Below are positions 32,625-40,537 of a DNA stretch of 40,537 nt, in pieces. Source of the DNA: Trichosphaerium sp. ATCC 40318 (taxonomy: Eukaryota; Protista; Tubulinea). The position numbers and the translations under genes are program-made. Where the stretch lies: NCBI GenBank assembly GCA_038496445.1, contig JALMLS010000566.1:1-40537 (forward strand), read 5' to 3'. The notes under the pieces are model-generated. The model did no database searches and was not told where the DNA came from. It worked only from the letters and a program-made list of their open reading frames with translations. The first letter of the stretch is position 1. The number at the start of each line of letters is the position of its first letter.

Positions 32625-35600
32625 ATGGCGAATTGCTCGCTTGAATTTGTTAGTGTTGGTGTAAATCGTTTGGCACATTGCATTCGTTGGGGCAAAGGAG
32701 ATTTAGTAGCATTCGCTGCTCATAATTTCGTTGGTTTATGGAATACTAAGGTGCATAGACGCGTATTATTATGATTTTAATGAAATTAAAGACGAATAAT
32801 GTTGCAACGCTTCCAGGGCACACTAATCGCGTAAATCAAGTAGAATGGATACATAAAAAAGGTAAATTAAACAGACGGCGACCAATCACCTTATTTTTAT
32901 ACAAGACAACTCGCAATCGCTTATAGTATCCGCCAGTACCGATAAGACGGTGTTAATATGGAGTTCAACAGCAAAAGAGCTGTGCGTTGATTCTACAAAG
33001 GTACACACGCTTGGTAAGGCTCAAAACTAACATACAGCGCTCTTAGTGGACAATCCAGCAAAAACTGAAGCTGGACGGTGTTGTAACAGGTCTTTCTGCT
33101 GTTAGAAACGATTCAAACGATACAATACATATCGCTGCAATTGATACTAGCGGTAAATTGACAGTTTTCAACTGGGAAGGAGATAAATTCGTAAAAGTTT
33201 TCGAAAAGTTGTTTTCTATGAAAGCAATGCCGAATTCGGTCAAAATCGCGATGCTACCTTCACCAATTAATAAACCATTCGTTGCTATTGGTAATTTACT
33301 ATCTCACATGGAAATTCTATGCCCTTCAGATGATCTAAAGGTAACTCAAATGACGCTCTATTCATTTTGTTTTTTTGAACTTTTGATTTCGAATTGCTTA
33401 TTTGTTTTTGTTTTAGTCGTATACTACTGTCACAACTCTTAAAGGTCATGAAGATTGGATAAAGGATTTAGATTATATTATGATATCCAAAGGGACTGTA
33501 GGACTTTTGGCTTCGTGTGGACAAGATAGACGCATCAGACTTTGTATGAGTTCTTTTTTTTTAATTAACCTTTGATTTAAATCGAAAGTTCACTGACACG
33601 TGATATGTGTAGGGCGTGTTAGTCATGTTAAAGAAGATTTGGCTGAAGAGAAAGCTTCATTTTCAACATTTGCAGAGCAGCTTGATTCTCTTAAAGCTGG
33701 TTTAGAGACGTACGGTCAACAGAGAAATATCCACAACTCCACTAATATTTGTAAACAAGTGGTGTTGGTATGATAGGCAACCAAGATAAGTTTAAAGTTG
33801 GAAATCATACAGTAGCTATTACATTAGAATCTGTACTAGTTGGGCACGCACAATGGGTGTCATCTGTTCACTGGGGAAGGCCGAAGAAAGATGAAGGTAA
33901 ATTTTTGACATCTACTGCTTTTTGTTTATTTTTTTTTGCTTTTAGACACCTTGGTCCTTTTGTCTTCAAGTATGGATAAATCTGTTATTATGTGGACACA
34001 GGATAGTGATTCTGGCATATGGATAGAAACTGTACGCGTTGGAGAAGTAGGCGGGAATAGATTAGGATTTCATGGCGCACAATGTTCTCCGTGCTGCGAT
34101 AAAATTATTGCTCAAGTATGTTCAACTTTATTTTCTTTTTTTGTGGTTGTACCCATCTATAACTTACATATATGATGCTTCTGTTCATTTCAAATCTCTT
34201 AATTATCAATTTAGGGAGACAATGGATCCTTTCATTTATGGCTTAAGACCGAAAGTACTTGGGAACCAACTGCAGCACCTACAGGTCATTTTGAAAGTGT
34301 AACTGATGTCGCTTGGGATCCAACAAAGTCTTATCTTGTTTCTGTTAGTAAAGACCAAACAGCAAGGTTATTTGCTAAGAGCTCTGAGACTGGAAAATTC
34401 TTAGAAGCAGGTAGACCAGAAGTACGTGAAAAGTTTTCTGCGAAACTAGTTGGCAGGAAGTTTTGTTAATGACAAAATGAAGGTTCATGGACATGATTTG
34501 CGTGCTATTGCTTTTGTGAATAAAGTACAACATACTTTTGTTAGTGCAGCAGAAGAAAAGGTTATAAGGGTATTCGAAGCACCGATTACATTTGTTAAAA
34601 GTATTGATAACCTTGCTGGGATAAAGACAAAGGAAGCGGAAGAGGCAAGCCACCTGATTTTTTTTCCAATTTTTTGCTAATTTTTTTCATAGAGTACTGC
34701 TGCACGTGCTTATTCTGCTAATACTCCTTCACTTGGTTTATCTAATAAACCAGTATTTCAAAGTGCTGGAACTCAAAAAGCTGAAGCACAAGCTATGAAG
34801 AAGCAAACCTTCGATTTGGAAGAGTTTGAAGGTACTCTTTCCTTGGACAAAAAGGAGAAATTAATTGCTTACTTTTCTTAAAGGTCACGCCCCTCTCGTT
34901 CTTGAAAAACCTCCTGTTGAAGATCAACTAAAACAACGTACATTATGGGCTGAAATTGAAAAGTTGTACGGTCATGGTGATCAAGTGTATGCGTTGGCAA
35001 CATCAACTTCTGGAAAGGTTTTGGCTTCAGCTTGTGTTGCCAAAACAGAAAAAGTTGCAAAGATCCGACTTTGGAACATGTCTAATAGAAGTGCTATTGG
35101 AGAAACAGAAGGGAGTGGTCATACACTAACTGTAGTTGGACTTGAGTTCTCTTCAGATGATGAGTATTTGCTATCAGTGTCAAGAGATCGCGCTTTTTGC
35201 GTTTGGAAAAAGGTTTGTGTTTGTTTTTTTTAAACTTGGTTTCCTCTCTGTGTTCTTCGTGTTTCTTATTGTCATGTAGGGAGATGACTCAATGTATTCT
35301 CTTGTATTCAAAAAAGTAAAAGCTCATGCTCGTATTATTTGGAGTGGATCATGGTCTCCTTGTAACACATATATCGCAACAGCTTCTAGAGATAAAACAG
35401 TTAAGATTTGGAAAAAATCTATCAATGACGAAAAAGCACTTACTTTCGTCCCTGTGTTGGCTATAAAATTTAAGGTACGTAATAATCTAATAATAACACT
35501 CCTATTTAACATGTTATTATCCTTAATTTTCACAAAAAAATTGTTGGTGGCGCTTGCGAACATCATTTAAAAAATAATCTTTAACACGTGATTTTTTTTA

Positions 35601-36114
35601 GAGCGCTTGCACAAGTGTTTCTTGGTATTACAACAAAGTCAATGAGAAATATCTGATTGCAGTTGGATTGGAGAATGGTAGTATAATAGTTTATACCATT
35701 TCTTTGAAAGATGACGAAAAGGCTCCAGTAGCAGCTGAGATGTTGGTTGAAGTTCCAAAACCGTACGCAATCAAAAATCTGAAGGTTTTTTTTTCCCTTT
35801 CTTTCTTCGTTTGGGTATCGTCCGCCAACGCTCGTATTGAAGTATTTGTATATTAATGTATAATACGTTGCGCTAAAAAAGACAAATTTTCATACTGCAC
35901 AGCCAAGTTAAACTTTGAAACAAAACCTTTGTAATTTTTTTTTTTATGTTTTTTTTTGACGTCTTCTCTTTCTTTTTTTTTTGACTGTTTTTTAAGATTA
36001 TGTCATGTTGCAACTGTTCAGAAGCTGATTTGGAGGAATAATGAAAAAGATGGCGTACAGCTAGCTTCTTGTAGTACTGATGGATCAGTGAGGTTGTTTA
36101 ATGTAAATATATAA
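32625..36114 (+). CDS. ELP2: Elongator complex protein 2 (WD40), multi-exon
   Basis: [38 protein letters not shown]...[42 protein letters not shown]|[65 protein letters not shown] and AHARIIWS. Stop TAA at 36112-36114. Confidence 0.95.
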
Positions 36115-36419
36115 ATGGAATAAACAACTACCTTCAAACGTTAAAATCGATTTTTATAAATAGCAACTAGCAAGTATATTCAGTCCTGCAGCACTGGGTT
36201 TTCTAGACGAGGTTAAACGATAGTTGGACGCAAAGCGATGTTGTTAGTACTAATAGTGAAAACTTGGCATCAAGCTGACAACACGTGAACGATACTTTTT
36301 TTATGTTTTTGAAAGTAAAAATGCAAAACTGGTTAAGAATCAGTTTTATTGATTGCATGTAATGTTATGTTAATATCGATATTCTTAATCAAACAATTTA
36401 ATCATAAACTATAGAAACA

Positions 36420-37109
36420 TCACTTATTGCAAGTTGGTGGGTTTCTGACAACACAAGTAAAGGCCTAACACCATCGTTAACAAAAAGACTAAAATAAGAT
36501 TGTATTAGCATACCACTTCATCATGATCTAGACAAATTTCGTAATAAGCATCGCAATCTAGATGTGTAATTTCTTGTCTACAGTAGGTCCTGAACGAACC
36601 ACCTACAACCATGTTAAACAAACACAGGTACAAAGAAAAAAAAAAAGTTAGACAAAATCCAAACACGTGATTTTCCTCTTTGCTAAAGAATAGATATAAT
36701 GTTTATACGTACAATTCTCTAAGCCACATGTAGTAAAGACTCTCTTGCAGAAAGCACACTTTGTAATTTGGCTAGTTCCGGCTATGGAAGGGGTTAGTTA
36801 GTGTATTGTATGAGTGTATTTAATGCATACGTTTGTAACATGGTGTGTGAGGTTTGTTATGCTTACAGAAGTTATGACTGCATACAGTCACTCCTAATAC
36901 GTTGTAACAGAATATGAGAGCGAATAAAGCGAAAACAAGAGGTGATGCAGTCATTGGGATGCGCAAGAGACTTTGTGAATGGTTTTAATTTTCTGTCCAC
37001 CTTTTTTTTTCGTTGTTTTCTAAAGCATACTTCGAAGTTTACAATACTCTCAGCACTACCAAGGCACAGATAGTTGATGCGTTGCTCACCTCATTAAATG
37101 ATGTTTCAT
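36420..37109 (-). CDS. Small secreted 12-Cys protein, copy A (5 exons)
   Basis: MKHHLMS|LLRIPMTASPLVFALFALIFCYNVLG-VTVCSHNFCKHNKPHTPCYK|PGTSQITKCAFCKRVFTTCGLEN|CGSFRTYCRQEITHLDCDAYYEICLDHDEV|AFTCVVRNPPTCNK*. All introns are GT-AG and in phase. The start could be the second Met (MTASP). Confidence 0.85.
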
Positions 37110-37886
37110 GAAAACTGCAAATGCTACAACGTCCTGCAGTAAGCGAACAACTTTGGTTTTGTGTATTGTTGTATTGCTAAAGCTCAGTGGTCAGGGATTA
37201 ACGGTAGCTCAACATAGCTTCTCCTCGCGTACAACGACCACAATAAAAACTCGGAATACGGTCTTTAGCCTAACATAAACGTGATACGCACGTTTTCAGC
37301 CTTTATCACGTGTTTGGTTAAAAACCACGAAACTGACAAGAATGATGTACGGCTACACACAGATCGAACCTTACAAGCTATATCTCCGCAATGTTGAATG
37401 CCAATTTATTTGTGTTCGGTATTAAAACGCTTTATTTGAACGTGTATTTTTAGTGCACTGGTGCCGACATTGATAGCAAGAACGCTTCTAACAGTGCCAG
37501 ACAACGCCAGGAAGAATATAAAGGATCACAGCCGTATTTCTCAACGTTTGTTTGATTTTTTTTTTTTGTGTAAGGCAAGCGACCAGAACAACACGATATC
37601 CTCGACTGCTATAAACCAAAGCTGTTCGCTTACAACAATACACAAAACCAAAGTTGTTCGCTTACTGCAGGACGTTGTAGCATTTGCAGTTTTCATGAAA
37701 CATCATTTAATGAGGTGAGCAACGCATCAACTATCTGTGCCTGGTAGTACTGAGAGTATTGTAAACTTCGAAGTATGCTTTAGAAAACAACGAAAAAAAA
37801 AGGTGGACAGAAAATTGAAACCATTCACAAAGTCTCTTGCGCATCCCAATGACTGCATCACCTCTTGTTTTCGCTTTATTCGCTCT
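36917..37886. repeat. Near-perfect inverted repeat (arms 36917-37173 and 37631-37886, about 457-bp spacer)
   Basis: Direct comparison shows about 256-bp arms with roughly three differences by eye, covering the leader, exon 1, intron 1 and signal-peptide codons of both genes. Confidence 0.92.
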
Positions 37887-38404
37887 TGTGCTCTGTTACA
37901 GTGTATTGGCAAATCCTACAGTAGATACTTGCTCCCATGCTTTCTGTAGCACCAGAGATCCTCACACACCATGTTGTAAAGGTATTTAATTTTGTTATTG
38001 ATACAGTTTGGAGTCTAACTACAAGGCAAAGGTACTGCTAGGCCTTGCGTACTAACAAAGTGCGCTTTTTGCCAGAGAGTCTTTACAACATGTGGATTGG
38101 AGTCATGTACGTTTAATTTAACTATGACAAGTGCAGTGGCCCGCAAAATAACAAACTGCCAAAAAAAAAACCAATCATCACGTGTTCTGCATCTCGGGTT
38201 TTTTAACCAAGCAATAGGTGGTGCTTGGTGGGATACTCATTGTGTTTCTCCTCCTATAAGTCCAAATTGTGACGCATTTTATGAGAATTGTCTAATACAA
38301 CACGAAGTGGTACGCTACATTTTTCAAACCTACTTGTTCGCTAATACACTTTACTTTAGGCATATCCTTGTATTGTCAGAACTCCTGCAACATGTGATAA
38401 TTAG
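37695..38404 (+). CDS. Small secreted 14-Cys protein, copy B (5 exons)
   Basis: MKHHLMS|LLRIPMTASPLVFALFALVLCYSVLA-NPTVDTCSHAFCSTRDPHTPCCK|GTARPCVLTKCAFCQRVFTTCGLES|CGAWWDTHCVSPPISPNCDAFYENCLIQHEV|AYPCIVRTPATCDN*. Intron positions match copy A. Confidence 0.85.
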
Positions 38405-38620
38405 TAATTGATACGTTGCAGAACTTTATAAATAAACAGCATTTATTTTGAACACGTGTTCCGGAAAACAGAATTAAAACAATTTAAAGATTCTTGTGTT
38501 TCACTAAAAAAAGATTAATACGGTATTAACACTACATAATTTTTTTTCGAAGAGAATATCCAACTTTAAAGTCATGGACCGTTACCAGAGTCCGTTTTGT
38601 TCTGAAAAAACAGCAGTTTA

Positions 38621-40537
38621 TTATCTCTTTTTCAGTACAACAGATAGATCAGGGTTAGGCTCTACAAGGAACATTCCACTATAGGTATCATTGACGTTCA
38701 TTGGATCTTCGTTTTGATCTAAAGGCACGCTGTTAGAGACTTTTAAAAACAAATTTTGCAATGAAGCTGAATGAACACGTACCAGGCGGTTTTGAGACCT
38801 CAAATCTCTTGACCAAAGCCGAAATAGTAACCACAAGCTCCATAAGGGCCAATTGTTTACCAATACAATTACGAGGTCCCGCTGAGAAAGGCATCCACCC
38901 AAACTTATCTCCTACTTTAGACTCTAAAAACCGACTTGGATCAAACTCCTCAGGGCGCTCCCTAATAACAACACATTTAATAAAATGTCAACACGCCACA
39001 TACAACAATTTGACTTACCATACACGAGAATCCCTCATTATTAAAGAGTGTGCAATCAACACATTCTGGCCAGCGGGTAATAGAATATCTCCTAGTTTAA
39101 CATCTTTTCCGATAACACGTGGCAAAACATTTGCTGGAGAGAACAGCCTCAGTGTTTCTCTATAAAGTCATAAATGAAGGATATATTGTTCTGAGAAACT
39201 AATAGGCTAGTTGTTTGACGTACTTAATGAATGCTTTCGTGTACACAAAATCATTTAGTTGTTGTTTCGTAGCTATTGTAGAGTCGCCTGCTGTTCTTTT
39301 GTGTTAGATGGCTCTCATGTTCAATCAATTGCTTGTACGTACGTATGAGTCTATTAGCTTCTGCTAATAGCTTTTCTTGAACGCTGGGGTATCTTGACAT
39401 AATATACAGAGACCATGCAAGCGTAATTGCTGTCTAGGATAGAAACAAAACTTAACAACTTTTGTTAAGTTGTTCTGTTTTTTTTTGACGTACTGTATCA
39501 TGTCCAGCAAAGAAGAACAATAATGATTCATCAAGTACAACGTCATCAGTGAGAATATCTGGATATTCCTTTTGTGCTTTCAACATTAACGTTATTAAGT
39601 CTTGATGTTTCGTGCTGCTTAGATTTTTCTTTCTTCTTTTGATTGCTTCTCCCACTTTTGAATGCAACTCAGCACGTACTTGTCGGAACGGTCTTATAGG
39701 CGTTAATGTCAACGAACATATGTGAATCAATTTACGCACGTGTGATCCCATAGTCCACAAAAGACAGTCTGGAGAAGCATAAACATACCAAACTCGTCAA
39801 TGAGTTTTTTAAAAGTAACAGTCATGAACTTGGCATCGAAGTCTTCACCAAATACTAAAGCAACAATCATCCTCATTGTCATGAAAGCAGTCTCTTCTTT
39901 AGGTTGTATATCAAGCATTCCTTTGGCGTTATCTACTTTAGCACAAAGATCCTCAATGCACTGTTGTGTAATGTCAGCGATTGTAGGCAACATTGCTGTT
40001 AGCGACTTAAAATGAAAAACAGGTGTCAAAAGTCTTCGTCTCGTTTTCCATGTATCATTTGTCTGCAACGAAACTAAACCAACACCAAGAAGTGCAACAA
40101 ACTATACAATCATTTAATCAAACAATCATAAATCCCAGAAAAAGAATAAGAACAAAACCAAAGTGACAATCTTCAATATTTTTTTTCGAAAGTCAAGATA
40201 TTCTACGCACGTTTTTGTACATTAGCATTGATTTTGGTATGTTTTCATGAATAAGAAGTTGCTTTGCATAAGCAGGATCGGAAATACCCAAAACAACTTG
40301 ACCCTGAAGGTTCATTTTAACAATCTTAGCATTCTTGTTATCACGTGTCTTTGGCCATAATGTGATTCTATTAGCAAAATGCTTTGGGTGTCGCAACAAC
40401 CTCCATTGAACATTTTTAAACGAAGGATGAATAGGTATGCCTTGGAACCAGAAAAATTGTTTGATGTATCCAATGACCTTACTCCCGTACAGCCTGTAGA
40501 AAAGGACAATAGCGTAAGTAAAGATCAATGCTAGGAA
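38621..40537 (-). CDS. Cytochrome P450 (CYP4-clan-like), multi-exon; start just outside window
   Basis: N-terminal membrane anchor, WKTRRRLLTPVFHF, I-helix FFAGHDT, ETLRLF (ExxR), PEEFDPSRF and heme motif PFSAGPRNCIG. Confidence 0.95.

Overview
AT-rich (roughly 35% GC by eye), gene-dense eukaryotic DNA with many short spliceosomal introns (mostly 40-110 nt, GT-AG, a few GC-AG) and the standard genetic code. The gene content suggests an amoeboid protist, possibly amoebozoan; this is inference only. In order the window holds: the 3' part of a GNS-type sulfatase, a SPRY-F-box-WD40 gene, a class C GPCR, a decayed membrane-protein gene, an intronless F-box/MORN-variant gene, a Zn(II)2Cys6 transcription factor, a secreted DUF4397-like gene, S-adenosylmethionine decarboxylase with a candidate MAGDIS-like uORF, an 8-Cys secreted peptide gene whose broken inverted copy is split by a 3.2-kb L1/Tx1-like retroelement (18-bp TSD, poly(A), two internal repeat arrays), a pseudogene tract, a Pol-beta nucleotidyltransferase fused to a degenerate T4 Rnl1-like RNA ligase, a small basic protein, a second intronless F-box/MORN gene, ELP2, a head-to-head pair of Cys-rich secreted peptide genes and a cytochrome P450. 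The most notable signals are the SAMDC uORF, the NTase/pseudo-ligase fusion, the roughly 10-fold excess of CACGTG, the TTAAG-N8-CTTAA array and the diversifying Cys-rich peptide pairs. All exon models were built by hand and need RNA-seq confirmation.
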